64,000 nucleotides of DNA from Malacoraja senta (lineage: Eukaryota), in NCBI GenBank assembly GCA_038087875.1, contig CM075996.1:8186001-8250000 (forward strand), given 5' to 3'. Each line of letters opens with the position of its first letter. The stretch's first letter is position 1. The notes below the pieces were generated by a model. That model did no database searches and was not told the origin of the DNA. It saw only the letters and a program-made list of their open reading frames with translations. Of this stretch, positions 26,601-38,962 are shown piece by piece. Made by a program: the position numbers and the translations under genes.

Positions 26601-28499
26601 GCCTGCCACCACCATTAGGGGAATCCAGGACCAGAGGACATGGGTTTAAGGTGAAGGGGAAAAGAGTAATAGGAATCTGAGGGGTGGCTTTTTCACACTG
26701 AGGGTGGTGGGTGTATGGAACGAGCTGCCAGAAGAGGTAGTTGAGGCAGGGACTATCCCAACGTTTAAGAAACAGTAGACAGGTACATGGATAGGTGAGG
26801 TTTGGACGTGTATGGGCCAATCGCAGGCAGGTGGGACTGGTGTAGATGGGACATATTGGCCGGTGTGGGTAAAGGGCTGAAGGGCCTGTTTCCACGCTGT
26901 GTGGCTCTATGGCTGCCTTGCTCCTGTGGAGTGAGATGGACTACATGGATCAGAGCTGGCCTGGACTACCGGTGTGGTGCCCTCCCACTGGAGGAAGGTG
27001 GCGCTGGCGCAGCGGTAGAGTTGCTGCCTTACAGTGAATACAGTGCCGGAGACCCAGGTTCGATCCTGACTACGGGTGCTGTCTGTACAGAGTTTGTACG
27101 TTCTCCCCATGACCTGCGATGGGTTTTCTCCGAGATCTTCGGTTTCCTCCCACACTCCAAAGACGTGCAGGTTTGTAGGTTAATTTGGCTTGGTATAAAT
27201 GTAAAAATTGTCCCTCGTGGGTGTAGGATAGTGTTAATGTGCGGGGATCGCTGGTGGGCGCGGACCCGGTGGGCCGAAGGGTCTGTTTCCGCGCTGAATC
27301 TCTCAACTAAACCAAACTGAACTAAATACAATACAATTTATTTGTCATTTGGACCCCGTTGAGGTCCAAACGAAAAGTCGTTTCTGCAGCCATACATTAC
27401 AAAACGAAAAAGACCCGAGTCACAACACAATTTACACATACATCCATCACAGCGCTCCATTGCACTCCCCCCCCTGATGTCAGAGTCAAAGTCAAAGCCC
27501 CCGGCGGGCGATGGTGATTGTCCCGCGGCCATTAAAGCCACGCCGGGTGATGCAAGGTCGCGCACCGGGTCTTGGTGTTAGAGCCCCGGCGTGCGCTCGC
27601 AAAGTCCCGCGGCCATTCCAAGCCGCGCGGGGCGATGATGTAAAGCCCCGCTAGAGGTGCTCTTCAACCCCGCAACTTGGGCGGGAGAAGTCACCGCTGC
27701 GGAAGCCCCGAAAAGCGGTCTCCCACCAGGGACCCGCAGGCTTCCGGTGTTGCCCGCGGGTCCCTGGTAGAACAAAGGAAGAATTGGGAGATAGGATGTG
27801 GAAATGGGGGACACCAGTCATACTCGTGGGAACAGGCCCTTCAGCCCAACTTCCCCATGCCGACCAACACATATCCTTCTGTGCCGTGCCTCTTCCAGTG
27901 CCCATTTAATCACTGAAAAGTCATTGTATCCATTCCACCACCTCCACTGGTAACATCTTGCAGTCATCACATACACTCAGTGTAAGAAACCTGCCCTCTC
28001 TGACCCCCCCCCCTTGTGAGTGTTTGCCCTTTGTATTTATGATCATCAGCTTGAATAAAGTTAAGGATATTGTTCACTGTTGGGTTACAGCTCTCAGGGC
28101 TAACGGAATCAAGGGGATATGGGGAAAAAGCAGGAACGGGGTACTGATTATGGATGATCAGCCACGATCATATTGAATGGCGGTGCTGGCTCGAAGGGCC
28201 GAATGGCCTACTCCTGAACTTATTTTCTAAGTGGTGTGTTTATCACAGTGTGAACTTGGTACAAAATAAGCAGAGGGGCGTGAGAGGGAGGAGGAAAGCT
28301 TTCACTGAGGAAGGGTCTCGACCCGAAACGCCACCCATTCCTTTTCTCCGGAGATGCTGCCTGACCCGCTGAGTTACTCCAGCATGTTGCGTCTATCTTC
28401 GGTGTAAACCAGCATCTGCAGTTCCTTGTGCTTCCCATTTCCACATCCTATCTCCTGAGTCTTCCTGTGTTCTCCTGCGGAAGGCTGTGCGGCTCTTAC

Positions 28500-28568
28500 C
28501 TTCAAAGCATTCCCTAGCTCCAAGCAGAGACTAGCGGCCATGACAGGCTGGTTCAGCTCGATGTAGAC
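28500..28568 (-). CDS. F8A1: HAP40/F8A exon 5
   Basis: 69 bp; VYIELNQPVMAASLCLELGNALK|gtaaga. Confidence 0.93.
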
Positions 28569-28720
28569 CTGTGGGAGGAAGAGAGGGAGAGAGATGGAGA
28601 GGGGGGGGAAGAGAGGGAGAGATCAGTGGAGTATTACCAAACCCAACCACATCGCCAAAGGTAGACATAAGATGCTGGAGTAACACAGCGGGACAGGCAG
28701 CACCTCTGGAGAGAAGCAAT

Positions 28721-28756
28721 GGGTGACGTTTCGGGTCGAGACCCTTCTTCAGACCC
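28721..28756 (-). ncRNA. Minimal type I hammerhead-ribozyme-like motif in a Penelope-derived short repeat (best copy)
   Basis: GGGU CUGAAGA A GGGUC UC GACCC GAAAC GUC ACCC: CUGANGA and GAAA boxes, stem II hairpin, GUC triplet, stem I GGGU/ACCC. Confidence 0.6.
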
Positions 28757-29310
28757 GATTTCGAGGGAGTCCTTCCCCATTGGGCAAGTGTACAGAAACA
28801 GTCCTTTTCCCCAGAGATGCTGCCTGACCCGCTGAGTTTGTGTGGAAATACTCGACAGAAATAGTCCACTGATCCCGCGGGCAAGAGGTGCCATGTTTTG
28901 CCGCCATTTTCAAAATTCAGTCCGCGCTCTGGTTGCGAGGAGCGTTGCCCGCTCCGGTTAGCGTGTGCCGAGCGTCTACGCCACACGCCACAACCCAAAA
29001 CGGGCCTGTGTCGCGCGATCTTGCTGTGCACAGAACAGCTCCACGTTCCCCAAACGCAGCGCGGCGGTAGAGTTGCTGCCGCACGCCGCCGGAGACCCGG
29101 GCTCTATGCCGTCTACGGGCGCTATCTGTGCGCGCAGTTTGCACGTTCTCCCCGGCGGCCTGCGTGGGTTCGCTCCGGGCACCCGCACGGGACGTGTGAA
29201 GGACAAATGCAATTGCAAAATAATAAGATGAGGTTGAAAGAGTTACAGGACATCTGTTTATCTCCCATGGGGTGGGACTGAGATGTGTTTGTTGATCTCT
29301 GTCTTTTGAA

Positions 29311-32300
29311 GGTGCATGAATTACAATAGTTCTATGACCATTGGGAAGAAGGACAGAAGACTCCGGAGGATTCGCGGCAGGATAGAACAAGCAGAGGATT
29401 GAAGTTCGGGAATGTGAAACCCCTTCAGTTACCCAGCACCTGAACGCGTGGGACGGATTCACAGTGGCAGCTGAGCCAACCAGGCACCATAAGTTTCACA
29501 GCATGCAGAAATTATTCACTAGCTCTGAGGGATTCAATCTTCCCACCAGCAAGTTCACGCTATGGAGAAACGAATTTCCTGCCCCGACTGTGGGAAGGGA
29601 TTCACTCATGCCTGAGTGAACTTGCTGGTGGGAAGATTGAATCCCTCAGAGCTAGTGAATAATTCCAACTCCATGTCCAGATTTTAGAAGGATGAGAGGG
29701 TATCACATTGAAACATATATTTAGAAGGATGAGAGGGAATCTCATTGAAACACATAAGATTGTTAGGGGTTTGGACACGCTAGAGGCAGGAAACATGTTC
29801 CCGATGTTGGGGGAGTCCAGAACCAGGGGCCACAGTTTAAGAATAAGGAGTAAGCCATTTAGAACTGAGACGAGGAAACACTTTTTCTCACAGAGAGTAG
29901 TGAGTCTGTGGAATTCTCTGCCTCAGAAGGCAGTGGAGGCCAGTTCTCTGGATACTTTCAAGAGAGAGCTAGATAGGGCTCTTAAAATAACGGAGTCAGG
30001 GGATATGGAGAGAAGGCAGGAACGGGGTACTGATTGTGGATGATCAGCCATGATCACATTAAATGGCGGTGCTGGCTCGAAGGGCCGAATGGCCTACTCC
30101 TGCACCTATTGTCTATTGATTGTGCGAAGAGATTCAATGATTCTTCCAGTGTGCAGACCCAGTGGCGAACTCACACCAGGGAGAGGCCGTTCACTTGTTC
30201 TGAGTGTGGGAAGGGATTCACACATTCCTATCGGCTACGGTCACACCGGAGAACTCACACTGGCGCGAGGCTGTTCGCCTGTTCTGAGTGTGGGAAGGGA
30301 CTCACTGGGTTGAACTACCTGGAAACACATGAACGACTTCACACTACGGAGAGGCCGTTCCCTTGTTCTCTGTGTGCGGCTACAGATACACCTGCGGACT
30401 CACACTGGGGAGAGCCGTTCACGTGTCTCGTACAGACCAGGTGAGGCTGTCTGTAATTTGCACCCCGAGGAACTTTATGCTCTCCACTCTCTCCACTGTG
30501 GCGCCACTGATGTTAAGGGGTGTATGCTTTGGCTGCGCCCTCCTGAAGTCGACAACCATCTCCTTTGTTTTGTCGACATTTAATTCTAGATTATTTTTGC
30601 CGCACCAGTCCACTAGTTGTTTTACTTCCTCCCTGTACATTGATTCATCATCTCCGCTGATGAGTCCCACCACTGTTGTGTCATCCGCGAATTTTATGAT
30701 CTTATTGTCCCTGAATCTGGCAGCACAGTCATGTGTGAGCAATGTGAACAACAGCGGGCTGAGCACACAGCCTTGAGGGGAGCCGGTGCTCAGCGTGATC
30801 GAGCCTGAAGTGTTCTTGCCAACACGGACTGACTGCGGCTCTCTGTCAGAAAGTCCAAGATCCATTGACACAGGGTGGTGTTGAGGCCCAGCATGGTTAG
30901 TTTCTCCACAAGTCTCTGTGGGATGATGGTGTTGAACGCTGAGCTGAAGTCAATGTACAGGATTCTGGCGTATGTGTTTCTGTTTTCCAGATGCGTGAGC
31001 ACTGTGTGCAGCGTGGTAGAGATGGTATCCTCTGTAGAACGGTTGGGGCCATAGGTAAACTGGAGGGGGTCTAACGATGAGGGGAGGCTGGCAGTAATGT
31101 GGGGTTTCACCAGGCGTTCAAAACACTTCATTGTTATTGGGGTCAGGGCGACAGTCATTTAGGCAGGCAACAACTGGTTTCTTCGCTATGGGGATTATTG
31201 TAGACGTTTTGAGGCATGTGGGGACAATGGCTTGACTGAGGGAGATGTTATAGATGTCTGTTAGCACATATGCTAACTCCTCAGCACATTCCTTAAGCAC
31301 ACGTCCTGGGATGTTATCGGGTCCGACTGCTTTCCACGGGTTGACCTTAGACAGGATTCTCCGTGTGTCCATCGGGTCTATGGTCAGGACTGGCTGGTCG
31401 GTTTGTAAGCAGGGGCTGGCTCTCCCGTTGGGTGTGGTGTTTGCTGCATCAAAACGAGCGAAGAAGTTGTTCAGTTCATCTGGGAGAGAAGTATCCGTGT
31501 CAGTTACCTGCTGCCTTGCCTTGTACCCTGTCAGTGTTTGGATTCCCTTCCACATCCTCCTGGTGTCTCCTGTGTCACAGAGGTATCCCTGGATTTTCCC
31601 CGCGTAGGCACGTTTCGCTGCCCTGATTCCTTTTTCCAGTGTAGTCCTGGTAGATCGAAGAGCGGCTGTGTTACCGGCTCTGTAGGCTGCATCACGAGCC
31701 CTCAGCAGCGAGCGCACCTCTGCTGTCATCCATAGCTTTTCGTTTCCACGTGCAGTGAAGGTTTTCATGACAGTGACATCCTCGGTGCACTTGGCAATGT
31801 AGCTGGTTACAGTCTCTGCGTACTCCTCGATGTTGATGAGGTCATCATAGGATGCCGCTGTCCTGAACACATACCAGTCAGTGTGCAGGAAGCAATCCTG
31901 CAGTGCTGAGGCTGCTCCCTCTGGCCAGACCCTGGTGTATTTTCTCTCCACTCTAGCTTGCTTCTGCAGAGGTCTGTAGGCTGGTGTTAAAAACTCTGAA
32001 ATGTGGTCCGAGTGGCCCAGGTGATGGCGTGGGGCTGCCTTGTAAGCCTCTGGGGTGTTGGTGTAAACCAAGTCCAAGATGTTCTCTCCCCTGGTCTCAA
32101 AATCCACATATTGCTTGAATTTTGGGAGCACCGTCTTAAGGCTGGTGTGATTAAAATCCCCGGCCACCACAATGAAGCTATCAGGATATTTGGTCTGGAA
32201 TTCACTGATGGCGTCATGCAGAGCTCCCAGTGCTTCGTTGGCCTTAGAATTTACATTAGCACTTGGAGCAACATATACAGCCACAACAAAAACAACGGAG

Positions 32301-33810
32301 AATTCCCTCGGCAGATAGAAAGGCCGACATTTCACGATGAGGAATTCTATCAGCGGAGAGCAGTGTTTTCCGGCTATCGTAGCGTTCACACACCAGTCCT
32401 TGTTTATGTACAAGCACAGGCCTCCACCTCGGCTCTTACCAGAGCTAGCTGCCTCTCTGTCCGCACGGAACAATGTCATTCCCTCCAGCTGTATTGCTGT
32501 GTCTGGGATATTACCGTGGAGCCATGATTCCGTGAAAACAAACACACAGCAGTCTCTTATATGTTGTTTGAGAAGACGCAGTTCGTCAAGTTTGTTGTCC
32601 AGGGAGCGGACATTAGAGAGGAGAAGCGAGGGCACTGCAGGTCGGGTGGCGTTAGCTGTTAGCCTGGCACAAATGCCTGCTCTTTTCCCCCGTCTCCGCC
32701 TCGTGTAACAGCCTGCTCTTTTACCCCGTTTCTGCCTCCTCTCACACCGCTTGCGTCTCCTCCTCCTCCTCTCTCTCCTCTCCCGCCTCCTCTCTCCGGT
32801 CGTATACATATCTGCGGCCGATGTTTGGCTTCGCAGCCGGTAGTAGTAGTCCATAACGGCGTATTTGGTCTAAATCGCACCAAAACACGCCCGTACTACT
32901 ACCGTGGTTTGCCCAGATGTTTAGGAGCATGTTCCTACAGTATATATATCTTGGACAGACTGGACAAAACACACAACACTCACTTTTTAATGCTCCGACT
33001 ATCTCCCGAGGGGCCGCTGCGACTGTGCGAGCCGCCATCTTAAAGTGGGGCCTCCGGCCCCCATATGCTGTGAGGCTGCTAAACAGCCACTCTGTACTCA
33101 CAGTCACCTGATTCTGCGGCTTGGCACGGACACTTTAATAACTGGCACTGGCCACTTCAATAACTGGCACTGGCCACTCAAATCAGCTGCCCCGGACATG
33201 TTTATGATTGGTTTTACTGTATTTTAACGTTGTTTTTACCTACTTTTTAACTATTTATACTGTTCCATCAGGGACTGGATAGTTTTTAGTGTTATTATGT
33301 GTGAAATGTTTTAAATTTCATGTGCGATGCTCCGGTATTCCCTGGGAAACGTCTTTTCATTTTGCACTGTACAACTGTTGCTTGCAAAATGACAATAAAG
33401 GTTGATTTGATTTGATTTGATTTTCGGTGTGTGTGTGTGTGAGAAGGGATTTACGGATGCATCTCAGCTAAAAATCACACCTGTGGACTCACACTGGGGA
33501 GAGGCCGTCCACTTGTTCTGTGTGGGAAAGGGGTTTCCTAACTTAGCTGCGTTACAGAGACTCCAGAGAATTCCCACTGGAGAGAGGCTGTTCACCTGCT
33601 CTGAATGTGGGAAGGGATTCATTCAGTCTTCCCAGCTGAAGGCCCACCGCAGAGAAACCACTTGCCTCTTCCAAATGCGGGCAGGGCTTCACCTGGTGAC
33701 CTGGTGACCAACCAGCACATTCACACTGAGTTCAGGCTGCTCACCTGTTGTGTGTGTGGGAAGGGATTCACTCAGTCTTCCACCCCGATGACCCATGAGT
33801 GAGTTCACAC
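29311..33810 (+). pseudogene. C2H2 zinc-finger pseudogene in three pieces (~29311-29612, ~30118-30430, ~33425-33810), antisense in HAP40 intron 4
   Basis: [56 protein letters not shown]; frameshifts; split by CR1 and Rex1 insertions. Confidence 0.85.
30433..33421. mobile_element. Rex1/Babar-type LINE with inverted 5' segment
   Basis: Minus strand ~33046-30433 carries the 5'UTR (AAGATGGCGG), endonuclease (NVRSLDNK, GDFNH, SDH) and RT (PQGCVLSP, KFADD); plus strand 33047-33421 carries the 3' end (PYAVRLLNS, AATAAA, (ATTTG)n tail). Confidence 0.85.
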
Positions 33811-33882
33811 TGGGGGGGGGGGGGGGGGCGTGGAGTTTAAATAAGCTGCCTGTTCTCTGTTTAACCATCACAGTTTTCTTTT

Positions 33883-34200
33883 GGGCGGCCACGGTGGCGC
33901 AGCGGTAGAGTTGCTGCCTTACAGCGCTTGCAGCGCCGGAGACCCGGGTTCCATCCCAACTACGGGTGCCGTCTGTACAGAGTTTGTACGTTCTCCCCGT
34001 GACCTGCGTGGCTTTTCTCCGAGATCTTCGGTCTCCTCCCACACTCCAAAGACGTCGAGGTTTGTAGGTGAATTGGCTTGGTGTATGTGTAAATTGTCCA
34101 TAGTGTGTGTAGGATAGTGTTAGTGTGCGGGGATCGCTGGTCGGCGTGGACTCGGTGGGCCGAAGAGCCTGTTTCCGAGCTGTATCTCCAAACTAAACTA
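33883..34200 (+). mobile_element. tRNA-derived V-SINE (HE1-like); representative of dozens of copies, e.g. near 1257, 2235, 10887, 13270, 13980, 21549, 26996, 52800, 55110
   Basis: A box TGGCGCAGCGG; B-box-like GGTTCCATCCC; V-domain TTCTCCCCGTG...CCTCCCACA; CR1-like tail with (TAAAC)n. Confidence 0.9.
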
Positions 34201-34976
34201 AAGGTAAGATGCTTAAGTGCCTGCTACAGAAAACAACATCAAAGTAATTATCTACATCAAAGTAATATTCTGTACATAAGGAATAGATTCATCTATTTTT
34301 TGGGCCCCCATATTGAGGGTGTGCTGGCTCTGGAGAGGGTCCAGAGGAGGTTTATAAGAATGATTCCAGGAATGTGTGGGTTAGCATGGTTTAGAGGCAC
34401 TGGGCCTGTACTCGCTGGAGTTTAGAAGGATGAGGGGGAGGGGGGGTAACCTCATTGAAACTTACAGTGTAATGAAAGGCCTGGATAGAGTGGATGTGGA
34501 GAGGATGTTTCCACAGGTGGGAGAACCCAGGACCAGAGGTCATAGCCTTAGAATTAAAGGGCGCTCTTTTAGAAAGGAGGTGAGGAACTTCTTTAGCCAG
34601 AGGGTAGTTAATCTGTGGAACTCATTGCCACAGAGGGCTGTGGAGGCCAAGTCAGTGGATATTTTTTAAGGCAGAGATAGACAAATTCTTGATTAGAACG
34701 GGTGTCAAGGGTTATGGGGAGAAGGCGGGAAAATGGGATTAGGAGGCAAGAGATCAGCCATGATTGAATGGCGGAGTAGACTCGATGGGCCGAATGGCCT
34801 AATTCTACTCCTATAACTTGTGAACTTTGTTCGGCGAGCAATCTCCTGGTGTATTTGACGCTCTTAAATAATTGATTGCCTTTCCCGATCTTAGTGGTGT
34901 GATTGAAGGTTTTCTCTAACAGACGGTACGGGTTGCCTGGACGGTGTGGGACTGCGAGGATGCGTTGCCGTCTCAC

Positions 34977-35136
34977 CTTGATGGCAAAGCTGTAGCAGTT
35001 GGTTGCGGCCTGCAGATGCTCCTCGAAGCCGGGGCACTGGAGCCGCTGGGTCTCCTTCTCGGCCTGCAGGAAGAGCCGGGCTGCGTCCGTCAGCGCCAGC
35101 GCCTCCCCAGCCGCGTTGAACAGCGTCTGCTCGCAT
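34977..35136 (-). CDS. F8A1: HAP40/F8A exon 4
   Basis: 160 bp; CEQTLFNAAGEALALTDAARLFLQAEKE...NCYSFAIK|gtgaga. Confidence 0.95.
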
Positions 35137-37157
35137 CTGCAGGACAGGAGGAGAGCGGCGGCAATGAGGGGAGGACCACTAGTCCTCGACACAGGGGAGC
35201 CCAGTGAGACTCAGCGGGACCCATGCAGGTGACAGGGAGAACGTAGAACTCCACACAGGCAGCACCAACAGTCAGGATCGAACCCGGGTCTCTGGCGCTG
35301 CGAGGCACAGTGGCGCAGCAGTAGAGATACAGTTTGGAAACAGGCCATTCGGCCCACTGAGCCCATTCCGAACAGCGATCCCAGTATGTGTGATGACGCA
35401 GTGGTAGAGCTGCTGCCTCACAGCGCCAGAGACCCAGGTTTGATCCTGACTATGGGTGCTGCCTGTACAGAGTTTGTACGTTCTCCCTGTGACTGTGTGG
35501 GGTTTCTCCGAGATCTCCGGTTTCCTCCTACACTCCAAAGACGTATAGGTTTGAAGGTTAATTGGCTTTGGTAAAATTGTAACTAGTTTGTAGTGTGTGG
35601 GATAGTGCCAGTGTATGGGATGATCGCTGGTCGGCATGGACTCATTTGGTAGAAGGGCCTGTTTCTGCGCTGTATCTCTAAAGCCTAAAGAGTATTAGTA
35701 CCATCCCAACATAGCTTCTGCCCGGATTAGCGCTCCATTTCGTAACCCATTCGTAACGCGGACAGTCGGGAATAAGGCCGAGATCTCACGCAGCACACCA
35801 TTCCTGCAGCTCCCCAACAGCCCGTAAATCCATCCCCGCGCATGATTGTACCTACGGGCTGCACCCAGGCCCTGGGCTCGCAGGGTCTCTAACGGGGGGA
35901 CTGCACGGTGCCTCACAGCTGGCAGTGCCGCTGCCTCACAGCTCCAGAGACCCGGGTTCCATCCAGACCTCAGCTGCTGTCTGTGCGGAGTTTGCACGCT
36001 CTCCTCTCTCAGCCCAAACACGCGAGGGTCAACGGGTTAATTCCCCTGGTGTTGGTCAGTGGTAGAATGTGAGAGGAATTGGTGAGAATGTGGGGGGAAT
36101 GGAGATTATGCTACATCTCTCGTAGAGTCATACAGCGTAGAAACAGGCTTTTTGGCCCAACTATTCCCATGGGATGAATGGAAGATTAGTGTAACTCTGT
36201 AGTTAATGGCCAGCATGGACTCGGTGGACCGATGGGCCTGTCCTGTGCTGTATCTCTCATAGAGTTATACAGCGTAGAAACAGGCTCTTTGGCCCAACTA
36301 TTCCCATGGGATGAATGCAAGATGAGTGTAACTGGATGGTTGATGGCCAGCATGGACTCGGTGGGCCATGGTACTCTATGGTACTCTCATAGAGTAATAC
36401 AGTGAAGAAACAGGCCCTTTGACCCAACTAGCCCATGCCGGCCACCGTGCTCCATCGGGAACCAGAGGATGTAGATTTAAGGTGAGGAGGGAAAGATTTA
36501 ATAGGAACCCGAGGGGTAACTTTTCTTACATAAAGGGTGGTGGGTGTTTGGAACGAGCTGCCGGAGATAGTTGAGGCAGGTACTATCCCAACGTTTAAGA
36601 AACATTTAGACAGGTACATGGACAGGGTAGGGATGGAGGGATATGGGCCAAATGCAGGCAGGTGGTAGGAGTGTAGATGGGACGGTGTTGTTGGTCGGTG
36701 TGGGCAAATTGGGCGGAAGGGCCTGTTTCCACACTGTGTGATTTCTGGTGGGGACGGGAAGCCACACACAGCCCTAGCAACATGGACAGCGGAGAGAAGA
36801 AACAAGGAGAGGTTGGGGGAGCATGCTTATCCGGGGGAGGTGGGGGCAGGAAGGCAGGGGGTGGGGGGCCGCGGGGAACAAAGGGGGACTAAATGCAACA
36901 CCTTGTAACTTTGTTGGTGCCGTATCTGTGGCGGCACTTTGCATACGTGTGAATGCAAGACATAGACTCTCACTGCGACATGCCACACGTGACAATAAGG
37001 TATTCATTCAGTCACCCACTCATGGTTTACCGACATCCTCCCTGCTTCCCCCCCCGCCCCCATGTGATGACCGCCCTGGTCCCAGCGCAGCGGCAGTGTG
37101 GGTGGGGAAGGCGGGCACGGTGTGTGTGAGTGTGTGCGTGCGGTGCGAGCTGCCTAC

Positions 37158-37230
37158 CGTGCCACAGCCAGGTTGCAGAAGCCGGCGTACTGCAGGCACT
37201 CCTCCTGCTTCAGCTCCTTGGCCAGCTGAC
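37158..37230 (-). CDS. F8A1: HAP40/F8A exon 3
   Basis: 73 bp; (G)QLAKELKQEECLQYAGFCNLAVA(R). Confidence 0.93.
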
Positions 37231-37379
37231 CTGCAACACAACCGCCTCCCGTCAGTGGGGGTGGACGCAGACATCACGCCGCCCCTCACAAACCAGGCCA
37301 GGTGACGGGGGAGCGGTGATGGGGTCACGGGTCGGAGACTGGAGTCGGGGTGGGGGAGGGTCAGTGATGGAGACACAGG

Positions 37380-37760
37380 GGGGGAGGGGTCAGTGATGGA
37401 GACTGACTGGGGTCAGGGGGGTCAGCGACTGGGGTCAGGTGTCAGTGACAGGGGTCAGGGGGTCAGTGACTGGGGTTCGGGGGTTAGTGACGGGTCAGGG
37501 GTCGGTGACTGGGGTCAGGGGTTAGTGACTAGGGTCAGTGCCTGGGGTCAGTGACTGGGCTCAGGGGTCAGTGGTTGGTGACTGGGGTCAGGGGTCAGTG
37601 ACGGGTCAGAGACAGGAATCAGGGGTCGGTGACGGGTCAGTGACTGGGCTCAGGGGTCAGTGGTCGGTGACTGGGGTCAGGGGTCGGTGACGGGTCAGAG
37701 ACAGGGATCAGGGGTCGGTGACTGGGGTCAGTGCCTGGGGTCAGGGGTCAGTGATGGCGA
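37380..37760. repeat. Degenerate GGGGTCA / GTGACT tandem repeat
   Basis: Directly visible in HAP40 intron 2. Confidence 0.9.
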
Positions 37761-38915
37761 CAGGGGGTTAATGAAGCAGGCAGACCCCAGTCACCAAGGT
37801 TGGATTCAAGGCCAAGCCAATCCCTGATCGTTTCAAAGATGAATCGAAGGGATGGTCGTTTAGATTCAATTCCAATTGTTATTTTTATTGATATTATTGA
37901 GAACAATTCCATTGTTATTCAAAGGATGTATAAAATCTAGCAGCGCAGTGGCGCAGTGGATAGAGCTGTTAACTCACAGGTCCAGACACCCGGGTTCGTT
38001 CCTGACTACAGATGCTGTTTGTGTGGAGTTTGCACGTTCTCCTCGTGGGTTATCTCCGGGCTCCCAAATCCCAAAGACAGGTTTCCTCCCACATTTCAAA
38101 GACGTATGGGTTTGTAGGTTAATTGGTTTCTGTAAATTGTTCCTCGTGTGTAGGGAGTGTGTCGTGCTGCCTTCAGGTAGAAGGTACAGGAGCCTGAAGA
38201 CTGCAACATCCAGGTTCAGGAATAGCTACTTCCCCACAGCCATCAGGCTATTAATCACAACTCAAACAAAACTCTGATCGTTAATAGCCCATTGCACCTT
38301 ATCTGTTTATTAATGTGTGTATATATATATATATATTCATTGGTATATGGTCACACTGATCTGTTCTGTGTTTATTTATGCCTACTATATTGTGTTGTGC
38401 TGAAGCAAAGCAAGAATTTCATTGTCCTATCTGGGACACATGACAATAAACTCTCTTGAATCTTGAGTGGATGTGAAAGTGGGATAACGTAGAACTAGTG
38501 TGAACGGGTGATTCTCCTCACATCGCTGCCTCACAGTACCAGAGACCCGGGTTTGATCCTGACTACGGGTGCTGTATGTATGGAGTTTGTACGTTCTCCC
38601 CGTGACCCGTGTGGGTTTTCTCCGAGATCTTCTGTTTCCTCCCACACTCCAAAGACGTGCAGGTTTGTAGGTTCATTGGCTTGGTGTCAATGTTAAATAG
38701 TCCCTAGTGCGTGCAGGACAGTGTTAATGTGCGTGGATCGCTGGTCAATGCGGACCCGGTTCCGCGCTGTATCTCTAAACTAAACTAAACTAAACCATGC
38801 CACTGTAAATTGATACGGCACAGAAACAGGCCTTCTGTTGGGTCTGGCCGGCCATCAGGCACCCATTTTCACTGACCCCATTGGTGGTCTCCTAACGTTA
38901 ACAAGTACCACTTAC

Positions 38916-38962
38916 CGAACTGTTCGCTTGCTTCCGCCACATTTGGCTTACGCAGAAACCGC
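38916..38962 (-). CDS. F8A1: HAP40/F8A exon 2
   Basis: 47 bp; RFLRKPNVAEASEQF|gtaagt. Confidence 0.95.

Noticed and set aside
33883..33965. tRNA genes
   Set aside because: The A/B boxes are SINE heads that continue into V-domain and LINE-like tails.
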